The position numbers were made by a program, and so were the translations under genes. Shown here one piece after another: positions 8,673-21,930 of a DNA stretch of 33,474 nucleotides; position 1 is the stretch's first letter, and the number at the start of each line of letters is the position of its first letter. This DNA is from Candidatus Altimarinota bacterium (lineage in GTDB: Bacteria > Patescibacteriota > Gracilibacteria > BD1-5 > JAGOOR01), in contig JBFZBA010000017.1 of assembly GCA_041308705.1 (NCBI GenBank), positions 1 through 33,474 of the forward strand. The letters run 5' to 3'. The notes beneath the pieces are model-generated. The model did not search any database, was not told where the DNA came from, and was given only the letters and a program-made list of their open reading frames with translations.

Positions 8673-11600
8673 GCTCCTGTGGTCTCGAGAGTCGTTATGA
8701 CATCACCACTGAGTATGATTTTCCCGAGTTCGACTCTATCTCGAGAGAGGGTAAATATAACACGATTATTTTCGAGCTTCACAGACCATACAACATTGGT
8801 ATCAAGAGTGCGGATGACTCCACGATTATCGAGAGTGATCACTGGTCTATATGCGGTATCTGTGATATACGCTCATCACTTGAGAGTGTCGCGAAGTGTC
8901 GCAGGCTCGAGACGGAGACCATTACCGATGACAAATATTCCTGGCTTGTTTACTTCTTCGAGTGTCGCAACTTGTCGGTAGATAGTCTCTGGAAAATCGT
9001 ATCTTACACGCAGTCTCTCAGAACTACCCTGACGAATTGAGTAAGAAAATGTCTGCCCAAGAGTGATAATAGGTACCATAGAAAAAGTACTTCCCAGTGT
9101 CGGCACACCAGAATTTCTATCAAAAGTTGTGAGTGTCTCTGTTCAGAAATTAAGAGAAATTTTGGGAGTATTGCGGACAACAGAAGTAGAAAATACATCA
9201 CTATTACTACCGAATCATCGAGCCAGAGTCCAGCTCTGACTATCTATGTAGGATTGTACGCCCATCGGCAGAAGTGGGGAAACAAAGAGTGTTTTACCAG
9301 AGACTTGTCCATTTTTATCGAGAGTACTGATGCCGAGTCTTGGTGGGTCTGTAACGATGCGAGTGGTGTAGTCTCGGACTCTTCATGAGATGGTCACACG
9401 GACAACCATCCCTGTGCTCTCTTGCTGTGTCTCAAATGCAAATCTCGTCGCAGAGAGTTTCCTGTACTGTGAAGATGGGAGACGGAATATCTCAACATTG
9501 GTCAGTGTGTCAGCTGGGAAATACGACTGGAAATCAATCTCTGTAGGACTCGGGAGAGAGAGCTTTATCAGAGGTGGAATATTTGAGAGGATACTACCTT
9601 GTGAGAATTCTGCGTAAGCATCAAAGACAACAGTCCGAGGGAAACGTTTTTCTACAAGGCTACGAGCATCTGTGATAGTACCATAATACCATTCAGATTC
9701 GACAGGGAGGGATAATTTCTTGATACCGACACCTGGTGCGTATTCGGCCAGTGACCAATACTGAGAAGGCCCGATAATTGTCTTCTGACCATCAGGAAAG
9801 AGAAGAGAGATACTTCCGTTCGTATCAGTAGTGAGACGATCATTTGGGAGAATTGGGAGACGAATATCACGGATGCTCAGTGGCCGTTTTTCAACAGTAT
9901 TACTGAAGAGCATGAGCGATCATTTGAGGACAGCAATACTACTATCGCTCGCAAATCTGACTCTCTGACCAGCAGTCATATTGTACGAGGCAGTCTTCCC
10001 TTTTGAGGTCACCTCTAACACGGTTGATTCTGAGGTATAGCCTGATTGCCCTCCACGGATAACAAAGTTTGGAGAGAGATCCTGAATGGCACCATTTTCA
10101 TCGATATATCTTGCTCTGGTGAGAAGTGTCCTGTAGATTTTATTATGCTCGATAAAGACAATTCCATCTATGTCGGCAATGGTAGGAACACTCGAGATAG
10201 GCATGAGTGGATCATTTTTGGTCTGTGGGATAATATCTACTTGATAACGCCCTTTATTCTGCTGGGTCTCAAAGAGAGAACGGAAGAGGCTCAAACGCAT
10301 ATGTTCATTGCCTTGTTTCATATGTACCTGGTATGGGGCACTCGCTGGAGAATTGTTCTGTCGTAAGTATATCTGTCCATCTCGGGGTATGAGTGACATA
10401 TCTGCATTTCTAATATTGAAAAATTGACGGTATATATCATTCATAGTGTATACCTTTGGTGCATCTTTAATAGTGTATACATTTGGAGATTTTGTGTAGT
10501 TTTCTTTTCTATAGATGATACTTCAGAGTGAATAATAGAGATCGAGATCACCGTCACGGTCGTCATCAGTAGTGTGAATTTTTGTCTCAGCATTGACCCC
10601 CCGTGTATAATAGATGAGCTTCTGTGAATTACCCCCCTGAGTCACATAGAGTCACTGAGTCTGCCTGAGTCCTTGCTCTTCCATGGTAGTCTCAAATGTC
10701 GTACGAGCAGAAGGAGCAACAGGAGTATCAGTTGTGATTGATAAAAGGGGAGCACCGGGCTGAAGAGAGTTAATAGTAGAAATGACAGGTGCGAGCGGAT
10801 TGAGAATATTCGAATCAAGCGCAGCAAGATAACTGCTCGAACGATTGTTTTGGGCCAAGTGAGCGCTCCCCACTATTCCCTGAGCAAGGGATGGTATTTG
10901 TTCAAGTGTTTTTGTGTTATTTCACCATGCGACGAGATCCTGGATGACTTTATTATTTTCTGCCCTGTCCATCTGAATAGCATCTTGTATTAAATCAAAT
11001 CTCCTATTCATCTGCGCAATAGCAGGAGCCATCACATCTGTCTGAGATGAATTGGTGTTGAGGATTCGAGCAAACTGTGCTCTCCTCTGTGGTAACATAT
11101 CTATACCCTGAATCACCTCAGATAATTGAGTAAGTGATTGTCTTGGATCCAGATACTCTGGATTTTGTGTCGCTGCTACAAGCTCTCGAAGCATTGATGG
11201 GATTTGAACGAGAGATGTAGTATTGATACTTGGGTCAGCCAAAAGTGCTGTCTGAAGAGTATCTATAGATTTTTGAATACTATCAAAATTCGCATGTGAT
11301 CATCCAATACTCCGCTGTGGATTGAGTTCTATGGTATCCACATCATTTCTAAATCGAGCAGGGCTATCATATCATTGATATGCAATATGTATATCCCAAA
11401 AATCAGGGGGGAGATATCCTTTTCGTTCGGTGGCATGAGCAACGGTAGTTCACGCATTCCACTCAGGTACGATAGGGACTTGATTGTAGAGGCATTTAAA
11501 TTTGGTCGTTGCAGCAAATATATCTTCAGCAAATCCAAGCGCTGGAGCAAGGGATGGCATCTTTGGAGCAGGAGGTAGATCGGGGAGCTGAGGTATATCA

Positions 11601-14600
11601 ATAGATGGTGGCGGGATTTTTGTCGTCAATTGTGGGACTTTTGGGATGCGTGGCATAGGCGGAGCAGAAGTACCTATTGGTGCATCTGGGAGGGATATGG
11701 GCTGGAATGTAAAGTTATACTGTGGAATCTTGGCATTGATAGCAGGATTTATCTCTTGCTTCAGAGCAACATTTGGCCATCGTGGCATTTCAATAACAGG
11801 AATATTTGGTATGATTTCTGGTATGACTATAGACATAGCATGTTGGAGATTCCACCGCTCATTATGATTGACACCACATTCTGTTTCATAATCATTAAAG
11901 ACATCTATCAATCCTTGCCACGAATCAAGCGTCTTGGTATTAGCGACAAATGATTCTGTCCAGTTACTGAAATTTGGACCATTGTCCTTCATCCAATCTC
12001 CCATAAATTTCTGTGTTGATGCGACATTTTGTGAGAGACCATAGAGGTATTTCTCTTTTTCATAATAGTATTCTTGGATCATCTCTGGCATTTTTTTATA
12101 TTTTTCAAGTTCACGGAGATTTTCATATAGTATGGCTTCATTTTCAGGACTTTGAGGAGCATTAAGTGCTTTTTTATACTGAATCATTTTTCCATCAATA
12201 TCTTCAGTTCTTGGGTACGGGAACACGGCATCAATAGTATCCTCTGCAGGATCAACAGTAGGATATTGCGAAATATGTTGAGAAAAAGTCCCTGGTACTG
12301 CGTAAGGTACTTTTGGTATATTCAAATCATCAGAAGAGCCAACTCCTCGATTCCCAGCAACAGCATTGGCAGTCGGTATGATACTACTGAAAAGTCATGA
12401 TGATGGAATATCTGAAATTCAGGATATGCCTTGTGGGAGATTTTCAAATTCGAGTATTGCTCCCCTGTCTGCGATCGAGGAGAGATCAGGGAGTCATATG
12501 TTGAGATCAGGAAATTGAGTTAGACTTGAGATAATCTCATTCATCTGCCTGTCATACCAGTCCATGATAAAGTTTGGAAAAGGTTTAACACTCTTGAGAT
12601 TGATCGACTCAGGGCTAACGGCATTTCACCCCAGGAAATTCATAATCTGTGGGTTGAGAGCTATTTTGAGTATATCATCACCATATTTCGATAGGAATTC
12701 AAGTGCTGAGTCAGATGACGACCCTTCTGCGACAGTAGCATTTTCTGTAATACTCTGGAGAACAGCTGAGATATTTCTATCGTTGGCATTGGCAAAATAA
12801 TTCTCTGTAGTCTGTGAGAGAGCAATCGGGTATGCATCTATCATCTGAGAAGGAGAACATGTACTCGCATTAGAAAAAACAGCTCTCTCTCTCCTCTCTG
12901 GATTTTTATCATCTTCCTCCGATGGAGGTAGACTGTCAGATACATCGGTTTCTGTATCAAGTGGCGCATCTTCACTTCCATCGTTGAAACCCTGAAGTAG
13001 CTGTAAAATTGCATAAATACAATTCCCGTCAAACTGAAGAGGAAATTTTCAAGGTTTATTTTGGATAGCATTATTAGGACCAAAACAGACAAGCTGAGTC
13101 ATAGCACCTGTGAGAGTCGTATCCAAGAATACACGGAATTTCGAGATACCAAGTCCTGGTGTATATTCTCCTGCTTTGAGACCTGTGACCGATCATGCAG
13201 CATTGGTACCATCACTGAGACCACTACCCCCCGTGGCAGCTGGTGAACCTGGGAGTAAGTCACGAAGACCTCCTGCTCAACGACGCTTTGCACCAGGCGG
13301 ATATGAGATAGCAGGATCTCAACATAGGACATTGTTATGACAAGCTTTTCCTGGAATATTTGCTTGTGGAACAGCATATCCCAGAGCAGTAATAGTGTTT
13401 CCTGGCATATTTGGTGACCAGTTAATTGGCTGAGAAAAAGAATTCCCGAAACCAGAAGTAAAGCCTTCAATAATCTGATCTATACCATTTGTAATTCCTG
13501 CAACAACTGAGTCAATCTTTCAGAGGCTTGAAAGTATCTGTGGAATATTATTCTTCATGACCATTTGAAATACTTCCCCGTAGTCAGTGTCATCTTTGTC
13601 TGGTATGCCATCACCATCGCTATCTTGATTCCATTCTGCGAGCCGTCTTTGTGATTTTTCCGCCATCTGAGCTTCACTCAATTGTTCAACTGGGCGAGGG
13701 TTGGCATTACTAGTAGGAGGCGTGCTCGTAGGGTCCGCACTGAGTCGGAGAGCATTTTTCTCAGGGTCATTTATCTCTCGAGTGATGACAGTCTTTTGAT
13801 ATGTACGATCATAGGTATTGTGTGAACGATAGAGTAGGAGTGGCCCACCACATGTTTCATTTGGATTAAATCGTATATCACCGTAACTATCATGATCATA
13901 AAACTCACTTTCTGGTATGGATTCTTTCCCTGAAGCAGTCGTATTAATGCTTCGAATATCAGACTTTGGAAGTGTACTTACAGATGTCGGATCTTGACTA
14001 TCTTCAATATAACCAACATCAAATTTACCAAAAGAAAACGACCTGAGCGTACCAGTGTAGATGAGCGTTATGGTCTCACCAGGAGCGAATGATACATTTC
14101 TCATGTCTGCTATTCCTGAATGATGATACTGACTGTCGATGATAAATTTTCGTGTTTCTTTTCCGGTACCGCGGACAATATCATATTCTGTATCTGAGGG
14201 TGAGAGATAGTCAGCAAATTTCTCAAGCAGAAGTATGTTACTGATTTTTTGTGTTGAATTATTTTTGAGGATTATTTTGACTTCTATTGGAGAACCAGAC
14301 AGTACTTGTCCAGAGGCTTCGAGAGATTTATACTGTTTTTTTACGGAGAGCGAAGCGGGTATGATAAATGGTGCCTTGAGAAGATGAAGCGCATCATAGC
14401 TCTGATCTGGACTCGTGACGACAGATACGATACTATCATTCTCATCTTCAAATGAATCATAACCAAATCGGAGTGAGCTAGCGAGATTAGTAGAATTTCC
14501 ATCGTACATGCGCAAAAGACCATTTGGAAGACCAGAGAGACTATTGGTAGAATTACCGGCAAAGCTGTCTACTACTGCAGTCCCCAAACTTGGTGATGGA

Positions 14601-17600
14601 GCTATGGTCGCGGGCTGAGGAGATGGTACCTGTATCTGCGTAAAGAGGAGATTATTTGCTTGTTCTTGCTTTGTTCGGAGTTCAAATGTAGGTGGTACAG
14701 GCATGGTATTTGGATCAACAAATCCAGGACCATTGTAGCGAATTGCCCCTGTGAAATAAGAAGCCTTTGCTTCATCCGACAAGACGAAATCATAGACATT
14801 ATCCATGAGCTGTACGCGGAAGATACCAGAGCTGTGGCCATAAAAAACAAATAAACTTCCGAGATGATCCATCACAATAATATCATCAATTCTATCATTA
14901 TCCATATCAAAGACTTCGAGTTGTTCTATTTTTCAGAGTATTGGTGTTACATCGTATTGCATTGGTTTTTCCGTCGGACCATTTTTGTCATGTACCACCA
15001 GGTGAATCTCTCCTGAGTTATCAACAAAAACTATATCAGCATATCCGTCACCTATGAAGTCTCACGACAGTATCATTCATTGCTGTGCATCTCTGACAGA
15101 TAGGAGATCTCCTCCATCGAGAAAAGTGCCATCACCACGAGAGAGTCACATTCATATAGTACCATTATCGTGGTAGACTATGAGGTCTTTTTTCTCATCA
15201 CTATTTGCATCACGGAAAGTAAAATCACTCACACGAGCTCATGATATATATATTGGCTCTCCGGGAGTTTTATCAAATCCTGTAGTATTATCTACTCCGT
15301 AGGCTGGGAGATGAATGAGGGGATCTCCGAGATTAATAGTCAAGTAATCTGCATGATTTTCCATCGATTCTCACCACTCCTGTCATGAGGCAAACTGGAG
15401 GAGAGAGGTATTATCATCCGTCCAGCCGAGACCATCTTTCTCGGGATAGGAAGACCATCACTGTGTATGTGTTCACCCTAGATAAGTATTTGATGCGCCT
15501 GACATATATACTACCATACCAGGTACCTCATGAGAGCTAACATTACTCCAGGTGAGCTTTGTAAGAAGTGTTGGGAGGAATGGTTCTACGATGATATCGC
15601 CAGCCGTATCTACTCAAAACTGTTTTGGAACTCGCGGCTTCCATGCGAGTCAGAGAGTACCAATATTTTTACCGTTTGAAGTAACTGAAAATTGGAGGAC
15701 TTGAGTATTTTTTTGTACAAAGGTAAGTGAGAGATTTGGGAGAGAGAATATTTCTGTGAGAGTAAAAAGTTTTTCTGAATTTTGATACACACTTCCGTCT
15801 CGATAATAAATATCCGAACCAGCTGGGGTGAAAGTCATCGTGTCTCGGCTACACACGCCCTCACATGGACTGAAAGAAATATCAGACATAGCTGGGTAGC
15901 GAACACGAGCAATAGCACCGAGGCGTGAGTCAGATACCGAGAGAGTGAGCGCATTATTGATGTATGATTCTATTTGAACCTTGATACCAGTTCCGTATTG
16001 AACAGTACCAGTTGTGAGACCACCTGTCGGCATGACAGTGATAATAGGACTCACTGATGTATCGAGAAGTGTGGTGAGTGCGAGAGTTTTTGTCTGTGGA
16101 GCAAAGAGTGTTGATCATCCAAAATATCATTCAACAGGTGTCTGTCAAAATGGCGCACCGAGTAAAACTTGAGTCAGGTTCTGCCAACGATTTTGAGAGG
16201 CTTCTTCACTCGTGATAACAGGAAGTGCATTTGTCTCAGAGACATTTTCCAGTGCAGGAAGAGGAGATTTTTTACCATCTTTCTGGAGCCAACCGCGGAA
16301 CAATATACGACCAGGATTTCCGACACTGATGATATCCGTTTCATAGATTCCTCTAGATACTTCTCGTGCAGATGTGAGTGGCTGGACGAGCGCATCACGG
16401 TCAGCTGTAGCGACTATCGTGTGCCCATGAAGTGTGGTCAGATTACCATAACTATCATAAACTCGGGTAGTGAGAGTCCCCCGTGCTCCAGCTCGAGCAA
16501 AGAGAATCTCGGGACTGGTAAGAGCTATACGAGCAGGGGTACCTGGTAAAATCTGGAAGCTCTCTCCCACTATTTTTCCGAGACCTGTTTCCTTCATGTA
16601 AAAAGAAATTGTAGCAGGTTTTGTACCAGTCTTTATAGTAGTTGTCGCACGACCTCATCGGAAAATAAGACTCTCCTGAGCGAGTATGGCATCACCACCT
16701 CTTATACCTATTTTGATAGCGGTATCCCAATTATCGACGAGAGTACCGTCAGCTCTCTGAATACTAAAATTGACAGGAATTTCCTGACCCACCTCAATCT
16801 CATCACTCCGAGGAATATCGACCTTGAGCAGTGCATCAGCGAGAACTGGTCGAGAAAAATTAGTAGATATTTTTTGAGCATCTCGAGTCAGTGTGATGTC
16901 AAAAGTAGTGTTGCCTGATTCAGTTGGTGTCAGTGTGAGAGGAGATGTAGCCTTAGCTGAAAAAACTGTATTTGGCTGAGTTGATAATGGTGATATTTTT
17001 ACTCTCGTTGAGCTCTTGATATCCATATTCCAGTCCTTGAGGTCAATGCTATTTCACCAGGTATCCTGGAGTAAAAATGATACCTTTTCTGGAGTATCAC
17101 GGATGAGTAGACTCGAGAGAATTGCTTCCATCTTGACTGGTTTATCTGGCGAAACCATGAAATAAGCCTGAGAGGAATAATCCCCTGCCAGAATGGTGAT
17201 AGTGTATTTCCCAGCTTTCCTCAGAACTGAATCAATAGCAGGACTCCCTAAACGAATACTATTATTTGTCACAGGTACAGATTTATAGAGTCATCGTTCT
17301 TGGCCTGTCACATAGTCCTGAATAGAGACATATACAGTTCCTGGATATATATCCAGACCAGACAAAATCAACTCCAATCCTCTCGTGTCACCAGCGGTAA
17401 TTGTGTGTGAAGTGTCAGTACCTGTAGAACCAATAACTGTCACGCCGAGGACTATCGGGCCAATCAATATAGAGTCTTGTTTTGAAGTAATGAAAATACC
17501 TTTTTCATCATAAATACGGGATGCAAAAGTAATCCGTGCGCGATTATTATTCTGCGAAGTAAATGACCATGAAGCATGTCCGTCCAATAGCGTATCAGAA

Positions 17601-20600
17601 CCAGAAACACTAAAATAACGCTTCTGAATATCTACCCAATCAGTATCTCGAGAGGAATAACTCTTCTTTTCATCGAGGTCATCTATGCGGATGACTTCGA
17701 GACGAATATTAGTAGAATCATCGTCGAGCCTGAAATTTCCTTCATCAAGCGTCGTATCTATACGAACTGTTTCGCGAGGCTTGAGAGTACGAGCCGAGAC
17801 TGAGGTATTGAGTGAGAGTCAGTCTCTCTTATTTTCTACATAATCCTGAACATTATTTTTGTTAGTATCTGACTTGAGAAAACTTTTGAGTTGCTGCAAC
17901 AATCCAGAAATATCACCAAGTCCACCAGTTGAAAAAGGAAATGCGGGAAAATCAGAAGTATCAGCGGTAAGTGTAGTTGATTTTACATCAGTAAAGCTCT
18001 GAAGCCAACAGAGAATTTGACTGAGCCACTCCCACACTATGACACTTGAGAGCAGTTGACAATCAAGTTTTGATGATGAATCGCCACCTGACTGCTTAGC
18101 CTCTTTTTCATCACGAGGTGTGTCACGAAGTACATCTGATTCACCGAGGAGTGTACGGATTTCACCAGGAGAAAGAGAGTACGGAAAATCATCCCCAGAA
18201 TCAGAAGGTGATGAATCAAATACTATATCACTGTGGACAGCTTGTATATCTGTGAACCATTCTGGGAGAGGATTTTTTTTCTCTGGAGCAAATCAAAATA
18301 CAAAATTTCTCGCATCACCCTGACCTCCGAGGTAACTCGTTTCATAGAGATCTTTTTTATCTGGGAGGATGAAATTTTTATTCGCAGTAGTAGGAGCAAG
18401 AGCTCGTTCAAAGACAGAGGTATATTTTGTTTCAGTGTCGAGATATTTCCAGCGAAGTGCCTCGATGAGAGCATTTTTGATGTCAGTATTTGCGAGAAGT
18501 GTGTCTGCAATATTCACAGAATTCATACCAGCATCTGGCACGAGCTGAGACCATTTATGACCATTAGGGAGATTTACCCTCGGTGTGAGTTGAGACTGAG
18601 CTCATGAAAGAGCAGTACGAATTTTCGCAATTATGACATCATCCGTATCGAGCGGATTCACGACGATATCAAATAGATTTGGATAATTCACACGAGACTG
18701 CGTTCCAGTCCGATTGAGATAGAGGAGATATCTCTCTTCGTCTATTGGGAGGTTTGGTGTCGATAATCCCTGGAGCTGTTTTCCAAAAACACTCGTCGTC
18801 GGATCACTGTGTTTGATGAGTGATGGTATTCTCTTATATGTTCATGAGAGTCCGTTCGTTTGACATGCTCCGAGATTTTTTCCATCACGATCGAGGAGAG
18901 TGATGTCACCATTATTCACAGAACATCGTATGAGACTCGAGAGAATATTTTCATTTCTGTCAGGAGTGGGGTCAATATTTATTGGATTTGGCGTCGGTCG
19001 TTGAAGCGGAGTTGCACAAGAATATCTGTTTCCATTTGTTTCAGTAGGCCAATTGTATTTCTTATTTGCGATTCAAACATGCTGGTACGGTCGGAGTATG
19101 AGATCAGTGTTGAGACAATCAAGTGGTGAGTTCACTGCAGTTATTTTCTTTCCTGCAGCAGGATCAAGAATAGGCAAGACGAAATCATCAGAGCGAGAAG
19201 AATTGAGTACCATTCCACTATCTCAGTAGGTCGAATTGATTGGACTATTTCCGCCCCAGTATGACAATGTCGGATTTGGGCATACTATCCCTGCATCTGT
19301 GTCGCGAGCAATAATTTTTCCATCAGATTCACCTGCGAGCATATTATATCCATGGTTCATCTGAACCGTCGTATTGACTCATCCAAATGTCGAACCACGA
19401 ATGAGGCTACAGTCACTCGCAGTCTTAATAGTATTAGCCTTTGTACCATAGAAATAATTATCATAGACGAAATTATATGTACGAGTCACTCGTCTTCTCC
19501 CTTCTGTTTCTGTGATAGTTTTTTGAAAAGGACGACTCACCAAAATAGGGATATCGAGAGAGAGATTCCCTTCAACATAAGTATCTATCAATTTTTCGAG
19601 AACATCGTTACCTTCTTTGATAACCTGAGCAGAGAGGGCGTCTTTGGTCGTGATAAGCTCAGGAATAGTGTCTACCCTGACACTGGATGAGTCATCATAA
19701 TATCGTCCAGTATTGTGAACCCACTTTGTCACATCTTCGAGATATTTTTTATTGATAACTTTGATAAATGGCGTGATGAGCCCATCAGCAAAAACCTTGG
19801 TCGTGATATCCGAAGCTTGATCCAAAAATGAAGCTCCAGGATTTGGTTCAGGTTTCCAATTTTGAAAACTCGGTATTTTGAGATTTCCCTCAGATTTCAT
19901 GAGAGACAGAAATCCTGCATAGAGATATTGAGCAAACTCACGGGAAAATCGATTATAGACCGTGTGCTCCTGATTAGGGATAAAGAACTGCTCGTAGACA
20001 GAGAGAAGTCATTTACTGGCTGCACGAGATTCATTGATACTATCCATGTAGAAAATCTGTGGATCTGTGCCGACATTTTGGTAACGTCATTTTTTGTCAT
20101 CATATTCGTAGACGCGAGCAAAAAAATCACGAATCTTTGTTACATCAGTATCGATATCTCCTGTATTTGGACTGATGACAGAATGCCAGATATCAGGACG
20201 AGGATTTTCTTTTTTCTGTGAGAGAAATTCATATCGTGAAGTATCCCAATTCCAGAAAAAATGAGGCTCATCAAAATCTGTGTACGGAAAGAGTGAGAGG
20301 AAGTCTGTGGTATTTTTGTGGACAACAGGAATCGGGAGATGTCCGATAAGTATAGTTCCCACTAGTTTCTGAGTTTTATTGCCGTGCTCTGGAAGTCCAG
20401 AGAAATACAGTCGTTCATTGGCAGAAGCTATAACATACGGATGAGTATCGCGAGGAAATGTCAGGATAACTGCGCGTGTGTGTGGAAGTCGAGCCTGTAT
20501 ACGGCGGGCATAGGCATCGATATCAGAGGACATCTTGCGAAACAAGTCTTCCTCCACAAGGACAGATACTATATCTTCATGATCTCATGTCTCCGATGCA

Positions 20601-20695
20601 GAAACATCAGAAATGGTAAATGGAATACGAAAAATAACCTCAAAAGAAAGGAGGCCTATCAGAAACCATGCAATGATCTTTTGGATAGGAATCAC
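8669..20695 (-). CDS. Giant membrane-anchored surface protein of about 4,008 aa (Ig-like, FG-GAP, CARDB-like, TSP3-like Ca-binding and Pro-rich segments)
   Basis: All 18 minus-strand ORF-track pieces from 20087..20557 down to 8876..9106 share one frame (low coordinate mod 3 = 2). My codon-by-codon scan of every gap found only TGA (about 49 in total) and no in-frame TAA or TAG between the TAA at 20729-20731 and the TAG at 8669-8671. Many gap lines were cross-checked against plus-strand ORF-track translations. The only canonical start is GTG at 20693-20695. It gives IPIQKIIAWFLIGLLSFEVIF, a predicted N-terminal transmembrane or signal anchor. Confidence 0.8.
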
Positions 20696-20778
20696 GAAGG
20701 TATAAATATTTCCATTATTGTACTCATTTTATTTGTAGAATAAAAGGATTATCATACCTTCTCGCTTGCAAAAATGCT

Positions 20779-21927
20779 CTAATCTACATAAATATATCCT
20801 ATGATAGCAGGATTACTAAAATTCTCCCTCCGAGTTGTCACTTCGTTGAGTGCTCGGTAGTTCATATCCTTGATGATCATATGGTCTTCATTGACTGCCA
20901 TGACTATACCGACATGCCCATACGCAGGCGGAAATCCTGCACCATGATAGACTATGATAGCTCCTGGTCTCGGATCATTTCCCGTTGGTTTTCATTGCTT
21001 TTTCGCATTTCTGATCCAATCTTTCGCATTACCACGCCAAGTGACATCTTTATATTTTGCAACAAAACAAGTACAGTTTCCCCAGACAAAATTACGACAT
21101 CATTTACTGACTTTGAGACCGAGAGAATAATCTCCATAAGTGAGATTTAACTGATCTCGCACAACTGGCTTCGGAGCTGGTTTGAGTGCTGGCGCTGCTG
21201 GTTTTGGAGCATTATTTTGTGCAGGAGCTGGCTTGGCAGCTGGAGTAGTCTTTGCAACCTGTGGAGCTGGTTTTTTGGTTGGGTCTTTTGTGGGATTTGG
21301 GAGGAGAATTTGTTTACCGACACTGAGTCTCGTATTACGGCTCATATCGTTTGCGATGAGGATAGTGTTGATATCTTTGATGCCATATTTCTGTGCGATA
21401 GTACTCAGAGTATCTCCCTTCTGTATAGCATACTGGACACCATTGATACGAGGAATTGTGATTTTCTGGTTGATTGAGAGAATATCGGTATTGAGATTAT
21501 TCATCGTGCGCAGTGTCGCAATCGGTATTCCATATTTCTGAGCAATAGTACTGATAGTATCACCTCTCACGACTGTATGTGTGACATAGAGTGATCGCTT
21601 TGGGTCAACTGTAGGCTCTGGTAGCTGTTCGGCTTCTAATGCGAGAACAGGTGCAGGCTCTGGCTCTATGAGTGTCGTCTCGGGTGGATTCTGGACAAGG
21701 TCCTCTATGAAGTCAGAAGTGCTCTCCCCTGTCTCCCAATCGTAGGAAGCGAGAATAGTGGAACGGTCATATTCGCCTCGAACAACCACACCTGTATAGC
21801 TCTGCATGTAGGAACCAAATACTGGGTAGATAGGGACGATGAGGATAAGTAAAAACGCGAGATTACTGAGAGTTTTCTGACGAAACTGTTTTTGGCGACG
21901 CAGGCGTGTAGAAAACTTATTTCGCAT
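20779..21927 (-). CDS. Membrane-anchored LysM-LysM-CHAP (NlpC/P60-like) peptidoglycan hydrolase (382 aa)
   Basis: ATG at 21925-21927. Transmembrane anchor LAFLLILIVPIYPVFG. Two LysM motifs (HTVVRGDTISTIAQKYGI..., YAIQKGDTLSTIAQKYGI...) and a Pro/Ala/Lys linker. The CHAP domain is read through TGA 21100 and 20992: GNCTCFV...WRGNAKDW...YGHVGIV. TAG stop at 20779. Confidence 0.85.
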
Positions 21928-21930
21928 GGA

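Noticed and set aside
8679-20743. Plus-strand ORF-track entries inside the giant gene (for example 8679..8981, 11630..11953, 18233..18607, 19352..19690, 19862..20221, 20384..20743).
   Set aside because: They are antisense shadows of the long minus-strand frame. Their sequences are low-complexity or Cys/Ser/Ile-rich and do not look like proteins, and they have no independent support.
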